Sequence record: MK509462
Strand: one strand, 5' to 3'
Length of the DNA stretch: 64,000 bases
DNA from: Shigella phage MK-13
The notes beneath the pieces were generated by a model that saw only the letters and a list, made by a program, of their open reading frames with translations, was not told where the DNA came from and made no database searches. This document shows, piece after piece, positions 9,936 to 18,120 of the stretch; the stretch's first letter is position 1, and every line of letters begins with the position of its first letter. The position numbers and the translations under genes were made by a program.

Positions 9936-10384
9936 TTCGTTTCCCCCTTGGCAGCATAGGACAGCGCCTGAACAATCATCACAGCCAGGCCAATAGAAGC
10001 CTCCAGCCCTTCGCGAACGCTCTGCTCGATTTCATAATCAGACTGAACTTCAGGGCAGTTCTTTTCCTGGCGTCGGCGTTCTGCGTTGATCATATCACGC
10101 AGGAGCAGGTCGGTGAAGGAGTACTCATCAAAGTTCTCCAGATAATTCTGAATCCCCGTGGATACAGGGGCTGGCTCCGGCTCCGGTTCCTGTACCCCAG
10201 GATCTTTCAGGGCAGCAACAGTGGCATCAATATCCCACAGAGGGTTCAGCAGTAACAGAAGATTGACTGTGTTGCCTGACTCCGAAGTCGGGTTATTCCC
10301 CAGCACCTTGTACAGATTCTTCAGCGTCTTGTCAAAGGTCAGAACCACCTGAACGAGTTCTTCATAAGTTGGTTTGGTAGTCAT
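9932..10384 (-). CDS. hypothetical protein (150 aa)
   Basis: Minus-strand ORF, overlaps neighbours. Confidence 0.55.
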   Translation of the reverse strand: MTTKPTYEELVQVVLTFDKTLKNLYKVLGNNPTSESGNTVNLLLLLNPLWDIDATVAALKDPGVQEPEPEPAPVSTGIQNYLENFDEYSFTDLLLRDMINAERRRQEKNCPEVQSDYEIEQSVREGLEASIGLAVMIVQALSYAAKGETK

Positions 10385-10761
10385 TTGCGTTTGCTCCGGC
10401 GTTTATTCTTCATTTTAGCGGCCTGACGTTTGTGAGCAGCGGCTCCACGCAGGCGTGTGGGTTCTTGATAGCGGCGGTCGGCGTAAAATTCACGCATGCT
10501 GGCCTCGGCTGGTAATTCTCTTTCATCCAGTCGTTTCAGCTTGGCGATCAATTCCTTGGTGTCTGGCATCTGTTGTAGCTCGTCACAGATGATCATACGC
10601 TCACCAGGCTCACTCCGACGCTTCGGAATATCGTCGGGAGTGATGTGTACAACCTCAACTCCTGGTAGCTTCTCTTCCAGTAGAACTTTGATCAACCGAG
10701 AGCCCAGTCCGGCTCCAATAATCGCAATCTTTCTTGGCTTGTCTGTCATGTTCCTGTCCAC
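10381..10761 (-). CDS. hypothetical protein (126 aa)
   Basis: Minus-strand ORF; basic C-terminal tail. Confidence 0.55.
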   Translation of the reverse strand: MDRNMTDKPRKIAIIGAGLGSRLIKVLLEEKLPGVEVVHITPDDIPKRRSEPGERMIICDELQQMPDTKELIAKLKRLDERELPAEASMREFYADRRYQEPTRLRGAAAHKRQAAKMKNKRRSKRK

Positions 10762-10762
10762 G

Positions 10763-10810
10763 AAAAAGGGGATAGAGCAATAATACCCTATCCCCTTTTA
10801 TTGAAGAACG
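10763..10810 (-). terminator. Terminator-like hairpin with conserved 5' flank (minus-strand reading CGTTCTTCAATAAAAGGGGATAG...CTATCCCCTTTTT)
   Basis: 8-bp stem GGGGATAG/CTATCCCC followed by a T-run on the minus strand; related copies at 13671-13720 and 18088-18120. Confidence 0.5.
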
Positions 10811-10811
10811 A

Positions 10812-11243
10812 TTAGTCTTCAGATTCTACAACCCCACCGCGCAAATCCTGAACAGGCTTTCCGTCAGGTGCCATAATATAGATGGTGTTGATAGTCTCAA
10901 ACCAAGACAGCTGGTCGATCCCTTCAGTATACGGCGTTACTGGAACAGAAGTCTTGACCTCTTTGCCTTTCGTGTTCGGATGTTCAACCACATCCAAGAA
11001 CGCACAGTTCCCGCTCGGGTGGATCACACCATCAGTAAACAGCACGATCTTCTTGCGAGGGTTGCTGGCCTCACCCAGGCACACCACCAGATGATGAATC
11101 ATCTCGGGGCGGGTAATCAACGTGTCGTCACGGATGATACCTTGCTTGATAGCAGAGATCACCACTTCGTCTAACAGCGCCTGCTGCTGGTCCAGCGTCA
11201 GTGATTCAGTAAGTTTCAGAGCCATTATTCGTACCCCAAACAT
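10812..11243 (-). CDS. hypothetical protein (143 aa)
   Basis: Minus-strand ORF. Confidence 0.55.
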   Translation of the reverse strand: MFGVRIMALKLTESLTLDQQQALLDEVVISAIKQGIIRDDTLITRPEMIHHLVVCLGEASNPRKKIVLFTDGVIHPSGNCAFLDVVEHPNTKGKEVKTSVPVTPYTEGIDQLSWFETINTIYIMAPDGKPVQDLRGGVVESED

Positions 11244-11357
11244 TTGTTTAAGAAAGTCAGAACGTCATCCATGTTCTTGACTTCAATTTCAATGCCAAGC
11301 TCCTTTGCCAGCGTGTTGGCGTGCTTGACGATTTCTTTATCACGTTCTGACATGATA

Positions 11358-11933
11358 TCAGCCTTTGAAGTTGATCGGTTTCTGAACCCCAGCGTCGAAC
11401 GCGGCCTGGGTACGGGTATCGCTCACCACCTGACAGGTCTTGTCAAGATCGATGCGCGGGTAGCCAAACATGCCAGCGATCAACGAACCAGGGAACTGAG
11501 CCAGCTTGGTTTCGTACATTGCGCAGATATCCAGCTTCTTGGTCTGACTGATGCGGAATTCATCACGCCCAGAACTGATCACCACCTGGATCTCTTTGTA
11601 CAGGCTGGAATCGAACTGAATGTTCTGCTCCTGGATCCACTGCATAACAGCCTTGGAACCATCAGCGCCATAACGCCCTTCGAACGTGCCTTTGATCACT
11701 TCCTTCAGGCCGTCTTTGTACATGTCAGGAATCTGCGCCGTCTCCTGAACTTTGAGCGTGTAGTTGCTCAGGTAGTTCTCTGAGTCTTTGTTGAACTTCT
11801 TGACCTGTTGCTCAGTGCGGTTGAAGTCGTTGAAGTAGCTGATGACTGTGCCGATGCCGACAATCACCATGCCCAGCAAAGCCAAACCAACGATCCAACC
11901 TGTTGCAATACCCTTAGATTGAGACATTCTCAC
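11358..11933 (-). CDS. membrane-anchored protein (191 aa, N-terminal TM)
   Basis: Hydrophobic N-terminal segment GIATGWIVGLALLGMVIVGIGTVI. Confidence 0.55.
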   Translation of the reverse strand: MRMSQSKGIATGWIVGLALLGMVIVGIGTVISYFNDFNRTEQQVKKFNKDSENYLSNYTLKVQETAQIPDMYKDGLKEVIKGTFEGRYGADGSKAVMQWIQEQNIQFDSSLYKEIQVVISSGRDEFRISQTKKLDICAMYETKLAQFPGSLIAGMFGYPRIDLDKTCQVVSDTRTQAAFDAGVQKPINFKG

Positions 11934-11945
11934 TTCCTCTTTTGA

Positions 11946-13061
11946 TTAAAAATTAAACGGATAACGACGACGGCCACCATTGTACTCCATTCGCTGCAAT
12001 ATGAAAATTGCGGTGAACGGCAAGCAGCCCAGCAGAACAACAACCACAACTTCCCAGGTCTTGAGTTCCCGCCACTTCAGGTACTCCATTTCCTTCATCT
12101 CAACGCGGTTGTAGCCTTTGGTGATGTTGGCGACAACGTCTGTCATGACGCCGATACCCATATCATGTCCAATCAGGTCCATACCGTTGCGGGAGTGAAG
12201 TTCACGGTTGTGCATACCATCAGCGAACGAAGTGCTCTTACCCCAATTGATCTTCAGGTCTTTGCTGATGTCGGTGACGACAATGACGTCGTTCTTTTTA
12301 CCGCCATCCCATGCATAGACCAAGCCCTGGAAATATTCAACTGGCTGACCGGATGTCACAACCCAGACGATGTTCACCTGCTTGGCCGCGCCCAGCTTCT
12401 TCAGAACATCATTCAGATAGTCGTTCCAGTATGTGGTTGGCAAAGCCAGGCCGGACACGTTCAGGACACGAGTGACACGATAGTAGTCATAGACCTCAGG
12501 GTACTTGGGAATCTTGTCTTTGAAGCGCTCAGCAAACTGCTGGTCTGAGCGGGAGAACAGAGAGTCCTTGTTGCCCAGCACATAGTTCATGTAGGAGTGC
12601 TCACGGGCGGCTGGCTCACCAATCTGAACCTGCGCCCAGCGCGGCGGCTGGCCAAGACCACGGCGATCAATGCGGTCAATCGTCAGATTACCAACAGTCG
12701 TCAGCACATCCCAGTCCACGTCATACGAATGCTCATAGCAGGTGCTGCAATGGCGAGTACGGGTACAGGACTTGCTGCTACCGGAACCGGAGCATGATGT
12801 GGTGTAGTAGCAGTTGCACTGATACGAGTGCTCGCAGCTCACCTTATTGCGCTCCTTGCCAGTGACGTATCCGTTCAGGATCTCAACGTCCCCTGAACTG
12901 CCGAGGGAGAACGCAGCATAAGCCCCGACCTGAATCAGACAGGACAGCACCACCACAATCGCCGTCGCAATCAGAGTCTCTTTCGGCTCATGGGTCTTGC
13001 GGTGGTAGACCACAAACAGGATGGCCAGTATCAATGGCACACCAAACAGGAGATAGATCAT
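11946..13061 (-). CDS. cysteine-rich membrane protein (371 aa)
   Basis: Two N-terminal TM helices, a Cys/Ser-rich block (CEHSYQCNCYYTTSCSGSGSSKSCTRTRHCSTCYEH) and a C-terminal TM. Confidence 0.6.
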   Translation of the reverse strand: MIYLLFGVPLILAILFVVYHRKTHEPKETLIATAIVVVLSCLIQVGAYAAFSLGSSGDVEILNGYVTGKERNKVSCEHSYQCNCYYTTSCSGSGSSKSCTRTRHCSTCYEHSYDVDWDVLTTVGNLTIDRIDRRGLGQPPRWAQVQIGEPAAREHSYMNYVLGNKDSLFSRSDQQFAERFKDKIPKYPEVYDYYRVTRVLNVSGLALPTTYWNDYLNDVLKKLGAAKQVNIVWVVTSGQPVEYFQGLVYAWDGGKKNDVIVVTDISKDLKINWGKSTSFADGMHNRELHSRNGMDLIGHDMGIGVMTDVVANITKGYNRVEMKEMEYLKWRELKTWEVVVVVLLGCLPFTAIFILQRMEYNGGRRRYPFNF

Positions 13062-13444
13062 AACTCACCATCCACGAGTTGTGCCTTGGTCATCCCAAGG
13101 AGTTGATCTTTGTACTCAGGCTTGGCACCGTTCTTTAACAACAGATCCCAACGCTCTTCATGGTACTGTGGGTCCAGCGCTTCATCAAATGTGATGTGAT
13201 GGCGGAACATAACAGTTGCCACTGAATGGACGCAGTGAGCGATTGCGCGCTTCAGAGTGCGTTCTGGCGTAATGTGCTTTTTATATTCAATGCCCATCAG
13301 ATCCAATTCTTTGAAAAGATAGGAGAATGACAGGGCGCCTTGTGAATGCAGCACGACGATAGTGGCTTTCTTAGGGTGGAGTGTACCATCCGTTTCTTTC
13401 ATGAACAGATCGTACAGGTACTGTTTGTATTCGGACTGTGTCAT
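13058..13444 (-). CDS. hypothetical protein (128 aa)
   Basis: Minus-strand ORF, start/stop overlaps with neighbours. Confidence 0.55.
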   Translation of the reverse strand: MTQSEYKQYLYDLFMKETDGTLHPKKATIVVLHSQGALSFSYLFKELDLMGIEYKKHITPERTLKRAIAHCVHSVATVMFRHHITFDEALDPQYHEERWDLLLKNGAKPEYKDQLLGMTKAQLVDGEL

Positions 13445-13653
13445 TTAGATTCACCCATGACGATAACGGAAGCGCCATTACGGAAGCGCCCATATTCAGG
13501 CGGAAGACCTTCGCGAACTTTCTGTGCGAACGCTTCAGAAACCACCAGACGGCCAACCAGAGGGTCTTTTTGTTTCGGAGTGGACTCAAAGTAATCACCA
13601 AAAGTCGCTTCCATATCCAGTAGGGACATATCTTCAATTCGTTTCATTGCCAT
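13441..13653 (-). CDS. hypothetical protein (70 aa)
   Basis: Minus-strand ORF. Confidence 0.45.
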   Translation of the reverse strand: MAMKRIEDMSLLDMEATFGDYFESTPKQKDPLVGRLVVSEAFAQKVREGLPPEYGRFRNGASVIVMGESK

Positions 13654-13670
13654 GATGTATTTCCTTGCAA

Positions 13671-13720
13671 AAAGAAAGGGGAACGGGCTAATATTAACCC
13701 ATTCCCCTTTATTGAAGAAC
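13671..13720 (-). terminator. Terminator-like hairpin with conserved 5' flank (GTTCTTCAATAAAGGGGAA...TTCCCC + T-run on minus strand)
   Basis: Stem GGGGAA(c)GGG / CCC(a)TTCCCC at 13678-13707; minus-strand T-run after it; shares flank with the 10763-10810 element. Confidence 0.5.
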
Positions 13721-13735
13721 GCAATCGCAATCAGA

Positions 13736-13903
13736 TTACTTTTTCTTCAGCTCGTCCAGTTTGGCTTCGATTTGTTCCAGGATGTCTTTACCCTTCTGAA
13801 CAATCACTTCACCGTCTTGCGCGTGTTTGCGGAATACCAGAGCGCCAGCTACGAAGCCGACAACCACACCAGGAAGCGCATAAACCAGCAGATCTTGTAA
13901 CAT
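13736..13903 (-). CDS. small membrane protein (55 aa; not in the ORF track)
   Basis: ATG at 13903 preceded by GAGGA SD; translation MLQDLLVYALPGVVVGFVAGALVFRKHAQDGEVIVQKGKDILEQIEAKLDELKKK. Confidence 0.45.
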   Translation of the reverse strand: MLQDLLVYALPGVVVGFVAGALVFRKHAQDGEVIVQKGKDILEQIEAKLDELKKK

Positions 13904-13906
13904 GAT

Positions 13907-13935
13907 AATATCCTCACTTTATAGGTGAGGATATT
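13907..13935 (-). promoter_or_regulatory. 11-bp-stem hairpin enclosing the SD of the 13736-13903 gene
   Basis: AATATCCTCAC ...7 nt... GTGAGGATATT; sits between the stop of the 410-aa gene (13940) and the next ATG (13903); no U-run. Confidence 0.4.
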
Positions 13936-13939
13936 TATA

Positions 13940-15172
13940 TCAGCGTTTCAAGAGTGCCATGAGGTTGACGCTGCTGGGCTTCGACTTGTCTTCAGGCTTG
14001 ACAGCTGTCTTCGGGCGTTCACACACCTCAGATGGTTCCCAGCGCGTACCCTTTTGCAGGTGCCAAATGTGCAGAGGGATGCCAGTATCAAAGAACACAG
14101 GCATCTTCCACTTCTGGACGCCTGGAACGTGCCCTGCAGGAGCCTTTTCGCATAACAGGGTATCTGGTAACCAGAGTGAACGGGCTTCCCAGAGCGCTGC
14201 ACAGGAGTACTCCGGCCAGATGCGTTCCATGTAGTCGATCTCATCCCAGGTACGCTCGGCATCCCACCCAATGTAACGGGTATTCTTCTCACGGAAGAAC
14301 TTCTTCAGCCAGCATGCACCGGAGGTTTCAAAGTTCAGGCGATTGATGAACGTCAGATGCCCGAACTCAGCCACGCATTCCTTGAACGCCTGTTCAAGGT
14401 CGGCCTCAAGGATGTCACACTCTTCATCAGTGATAGGACAACCATTGATCTTTTTCTTCCCATGCTTGGTCACCCAATCATCACGGTTGGACAAGAACGC
14501 CGCGCCGTTGCGGTTGGACTCGCTGCCATCACGATCACGCAGCATGAAGCCAGGGACGTCGATATCCCACATATTGCCAAACACCATGTTCAGAGCTTCC
14601 AGGAAGTTCCAGGCGCTCAGGCGGCCGAAGTATTTCCAGGACATCGCCGTTTCCCACAACTTAGTGAACTGGTCGCCCTGGGGCTTGGTCTCCAACATCG
14701 GTCGGAATGCTTCCATCTGGGAGCGCCCTGCCAGCCAGTCAATGTAGGACTGAACACATGGGATCATCTTCGACTTGCGATAGCGGCAGTCGGTATCGAA
14801 GCGCATGCGCTCAAAGTTCAGGTTGTACCAATCAGAGAAGCGCTGCATCTCTTCTTTGGACTGAGGGGGTACAGGGAACTCACTGTAGATTGTCCATGGA
14901 CCGATGGCGTTGTAACAGCAGCCCCAAAGGAATGCCATCCAGATTTTGCGCTCGATCTTCTCAAGCTGCGTGATGCCTTCTGTGACTTCGATCGCATAAT
15001 CCATCAGACGCATCTGCTGGTTGTGCTCTTCGGTGTAGGACAGCGCCTCCACCCAAGCCTTGAGCAGGTACATGCGATTCTCAGGCTTGCGATAATCAAC
15101 AGCCAGGTCAATCGGGTACTTCCATTCAGCCGGGGGTGTATAGCCCGTCGGCATTTTAGATAGATGCGTCAT
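13940..15172 (-). CDS. hypothetical protein (410 aa); possible DNA-modification enzyme, unverified
   Basis: Long ORF with ATG start at 15172; no motif recognised; placed among nucleotide-metabolism genes. Confidence 0.6.
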   Translation of the reverse strand: MTHLSKMPTGYTPPAEWKYPIDLAVDYRKPENRMYLLKAWVEALSYTEEHNQQMRLMDYAIEVTEGITQLEKIERKIWMAFLWGCCYNAIGPWTIYSEFPVPPQSKEEMQRFSDWYNLNFERMRFDTDCRYRKSKMIPCVQSYIDWLAGRSQMEAFRPMLETKPQGDQFTKLWETAMSWKYFGRLSAWNFLEALNMVFGNMWDIDVPGFMLRDRDGSESNRNGAAFLSNRDDWVTKHGKKKINGCPITDEECDILEADLEQAFKECVAEFGHLTFINRLNFETSGACWLKKFFREKNTRYIGWDAERTWDEIDYMERIWPEYSCAALWEARSLWLPDTLLCEKAPAGHVPGVQKWKMPVFFDTGIPLHIWHLQKGTRWEPSEVCERPKTAVKPEDKSKPSSVNLMALLKR

Positions 15173-15512
15173 CTTTCGCTTCCTCTTCAGGAGCCAGCTG
15201 AATATCTTCCGGTTTCACGAACCCCATCGGGCGTTCCCACATATCGATAAAGCGACGGTCAGCGGTCACGAACCACAGACGGGCTGCAGTGTGGGTCTTA
15301 CCCGAGATGAACATCTGGGCATTCGTCTGGGTGCGGAACGGAGCCGCTTGCAGCCACTGACCGAAGTCTTTGGACGACGGGTTGGCGTTCAGCTGGAACT
15401 GAGGGATGACACAGTTCTTTTCAGGGATCAGGCGCACAGCCGTAATGTGCTGGGCGTTTCCGGTGTAGTCAATTGCAACGGCCACAGCATTGCGAGGGAT
15501 TTCGATTTTCAT
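15156..15512 (-). CDS. hypothetical protein (about 118 aa)
   Basis: ATG at 15512 overlaps the upstream stop as ATGA (translational coupling); ORF-track start 15647 would overlap the upstream gene. Confidence 0.45.
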   Translation of the reverse strand: MKIEIPRNAVAVAIDYTGNAQHITAVRLIPEKNCVIPQFQLNANPSSKDFGQWLQAAPFRTQTNAQMFISGKTHTAARLWFVTADRRFIDMWERPMGFVKPEDIQLAPEEEAKDDASI

Positions 15513-15712
15513 TTTGGTTCCTTGAATATTTTGTAACCAGCAGCGCCGATAGACATCACCGCGCCAATACAGTACATCACAGTCACGTTCAACTTCTCTG
15601 AGGTTGTTAAGTCCAGAGGGGTGAAATGATAGGCCAGGGCAGCGCACATTGAAACGGCTGCCATAACCAGACCGACGAATAACAGATAATTAGACAACCG
15701 TTTCATGATCAC
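15509..15712 (-). CDS. small membrane protein (67 aa)
   Basis: Two hydrophobic segments; stop overlaps the next start. Confidence 0.5.
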   Translation of the reverse strand: MIMKRLSNYLLFVGLVMAAVSMCAALAYHFTPLDLTTSEKLNVTVMYCIGAVMSIGAAGYKIFKEPK

Positions 15713-16626
15713 CCCTTCTTCATCAGGTCAAGGAGAGAGCGCGACGCTGCCTTCGGTGCTTCCGGCTGGGCACTCGCCTTGGTTTTAGTTTTAGATGCCT
15801 TCTGCGGCTTCTCAGGCACTCTGTGCGCCAAAGGATCATTACCGCCGACCTCACGGGTCATCGGATTGGTTTCGCAGTAGGCGTAGAAGTCTTTGGTGTG
15901 CATGTCAACATCGCGCAGTTCAGAGCGTGTCTGATGACAAATCGCATTACCCACAACCCACAGCGGGGCGTCGTATGGGAGCACCGCCAACTCGGACTGC
16001 TGTTTGGTCGTGAACTCCTGGGTGTTGGCCTCTGGTGCTTTATACAGGATATCCTGTCCGCTGTAATCATCAACAGCCACAGTGAAGCCCAGCGTCAACA
16101 TTTCGGTCTTCGATTTCTCAAACTCCTTGGAGTAAGATTCGTTGCGCGACCAGCCGGAGTCCCCTGCTTCTTTACCAGAGCGACCACGGATGCGGGCATC
16201 GTACTGATAGCGGTCGGGGTACGCAAAGTACAGCAGCGCCAATGATTCAATCGGATAATTCTTGAACATCCACTCAGGACGCCATTTGTCCGACAGCATG
16301 AGGGGTTCGCCCTCGCACACCAGAGTGTAACCCTGCGCCAGCCAGCCCTTGACCAGATCACGGGCGATATCACCCGAGCCTGTGGCAGCATGAATGGCGT
16401 CCATGGAAGTCCAGGAAGCCAGGCCGGATTTGTTGGACACAGTGTACTGGCCGACGAAGATCAACTTCAGCTCTTCGAATTTCAGGCCAAACGGGCGCGT
16501 CTTATCACCAATGGTGTAGGTGAGTTCGGTAGGCTCCAGCTTCGTACGGAGCCATTCGATGAACTGTACAACACGAGTACCCTTACCCGTGCCGCTGGTT
16601 CCTTTGATTACGATGATCTTTGCCAT
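15709..16626 (-). CDS. P-loop kinase (PNK-kinase-like / candidate nucleotide or DNA-base kinase)
   Basis: ATG at 16626; N-terminal Walker A KIIVIKGTSGTGKGT; 305 aa. Confidence 0.55.
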   Translation of the reverse strand: MAKIIVIKGTSGTGKGTRVVQFIEWLRTKLEPTELTYTIGDKTRPFGLKFEELKLIFVGQYTVSNKSGLASWTSMDAIHAATGSGDIARDLVKGWLAQGYTLVCEGEPLMLSDKWRPEWMFKNYPIESLALLYFAYPDRYQYDARIRGRSGKEAGDSGWSRNESYSKEFEKSKTEMLTLGFTVAVDDYSGQDILYKAPEANTQEFTTKQQSELAVLPYDAPLWVVGNAICHQTRSELRDVDMHTKDFYAYCETNPMTREVGGNDPLAHRVPEKPQKASKTKTKASAQPEAPKAASRSLLDLMKKG

Positions 16627-16931
16627 TATACAGCATCCTCAATACGCCAGCTCACGCCGCCCATCCATGGTGCCCAGAATACAGCAACCTGTGGGCGGCC
16701 ATTCTCTTCAAACTTCACTTTATACTGGTCGTCGAAGTTATAGAAGATTTCATCCGCTTCAGAGCGCTGACCGATCTCCACCAGTACGTCATGAAGAGCC
16801 TTGGCTGCGCCGATAGGAGTCGGAGTCTCCTGCTGGCGAATGAAGTTGTTGACATGGATAATCACGCCATCCATATCGCTATCACCGGAACGCTTGTCTG
16901 GGGTTTCCCCAAACTTGGATTGTTCTTGCAC
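16626..16931 (-). CDS. hypothetical protein (101 aa)
   Basis: Minus-strand ORF between the kinase and the HAD hydrolase. Confidence 0.5.
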   Translation of the reverse strand: MQEQSKFGETPDKRSGDSDMDGVIIHVNNFIRQQETPTPIGAAKALHDVLVEIGQRSEADEIFYNFDDQYKVKFEENGRPQVAVFWAPWMGGVSWRIEDAV

Positions 16932-16940
16932 GATGTCCTC

Positions 16941-17720
16941 CTATCGGACGTATTGATAATGACCAATCAAGCGGTTCACCACTTCAACAATATTGTGATT
17001 CAGGAAGTCGAAGTGGTTCTGGCCTTCTACTGGTTTAATATAAAGCATATCTTCCGAGTTCGAAAGATCCAGTTTTTCATAATTGCCCTGAGGAACAAAG
17101 ATGACGAAGATATTGTTCAGGCCGCACGGCTCAACATACTTCGGATTGTCATCAATCAAGACATCGCCTGCCAGCAGATGCTTTTCGTCAGTACTGACAA
17201 ATCCGTTGAAGATACCAGGGAACTTGTCGTAGACAAACTGGCGCTTGCTGCGCTCGTGTTCCGGCTCACACTTGGACACTGCGATGAATTCAACATTGTC
17301 AAAGTCTTCGAGCAGAATCTTCTTCAGATTCACCAGGAACTCGTAAGCACCAGGAAGCGGGTTCATCTTGGCGTACAGGTCAGGGCGACGCCACCAGTCC
17401 ATAGGATCACGCCCTGTAGGAGCATACATCCATTGCCCAGCGAGGTACACGCGGCGTATCAACCACGCCGGATGTGCACGTTCTCGCATCAGAATAGCCA
17501 GGTCGCCAGCATGAGCCATATAGCACTCTTTGGTGATCGGCTGGAACTGATATGACTTATGTTCCCCCGTAGCAATAGCAGCGGCAGCGATGTTCTCTTC
17601 GTTGAACCACTGCACCCAAGGGGAGAGGCTGTCGACCAGCGTCAGGTCAACATCCACGAGGACGCGATACAGACCACCGACCTTTGATTTCATATCATAG
17701 AGACAGACCAGGTTGTTCAT
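16941..17720 (-). CDS. HAD-superfamily hydrolase (nucleotidase/phosphatase-like)
   Basis: HAD motif I VLVDVDLTLVDS (DxDxT) and motif IV AGDVLIDDNPKY (GDxxxD). Confidence 0.6.
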   Translation of the reverse strand: MNNLVCLYDMKSKVGGLYRVLVDVDLTLVDSLSPWVQWFNEENIAAAAIATGEHKSYQFQPITKECYMAHAGDLAILMRERAHPAWLIRRVYLAGQWMYAPTGRDPMDWWRRPDLYAKMNPLPGAYEFLVNLKKILLEDFDNVEFIAVSKCEPEHERSKRQFVYDKFPGIFNGFVSTDEKHLLAGDVLIDDNPKYVEPCGLNNIFVIFVPQGNYEKLDLSNSEDMLYIKPVEGQNHFDFLNHNIVEVVNRLIGHYQYVR

Positions 17721-18067
17721 TTGTCTTCCTCAACTTTGTCGTAGCCCGTAGCAACGCACTGTTCTTCGGTACAATCCGCATACAGAACAACAGACGCCTG
17801 CTTCACGTAGGTGGTGCAGTGGTAGGTTTCGTCTTCCTGGATGGAATCGTCATAGTTGCAGACAGTTTGGAGCGGACCTGGGGTGGTGTTATCCAGCGCT
17901 GCATGTGCCTTGATGGTGTCTTCCATCTTGGCCACGGCTTGTTCGTTGGTGAACGTCGGCGCGTCGAGGTCAGGGGTTGACACGACGTCCGCCAGGGTAG
18001 AGCATGCGGTGGTAGAGAAAGCCAGAGCGCACACCAGAAGAATCTTATTGAGTTTCATTTCAATCAC
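17717..18067 (-). CDS. putative lipoprotein / secreted protein (116 aa)
   Basis: Signal-peptide-like N-terminus KLNKILLVCALAFSTTAC with a lipobox-like cysteine. Confidence 0.5.
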   Translation of the reverse strand: MIEMKLNKILLVCALAFSTTACSTLADVVSTPDLDAPTFTNEQAVAKMEDTIKAHAALDNTTPGPLQTVCNYDDSIQEDETYHCTTYVKQASVVLYADCTEEQCVATGYDKVEEDK

Positions 18068-18087
18068 CTGTTTGTCAAAGGGTTAAC

Positions 18088-18120
18088 AGGGGGAATTATA
18101 TCCCCCTTTGGTTTATTGAA
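18088..18120 (-). promoter_or_regulatory. Intergenic hairpin (AGGGGGA-attata-TCCCCCT) with TTCAATAAA flank
   Basis: 7-bp GC stem between the DNA polymerase stop (18121) and the next start (18067). Confidence 0.4.

Noticed and set aside
15156-15647. RuvC/YqgF-like resolvase call for the 15156-15512 gene, and use of the 15647 start
   Set aside because: Only a weak VAVAIDYTGN resemblance; the 15647 start would overlap the upstream gene, whereas ATG at 15512 gives an ATGA coupling
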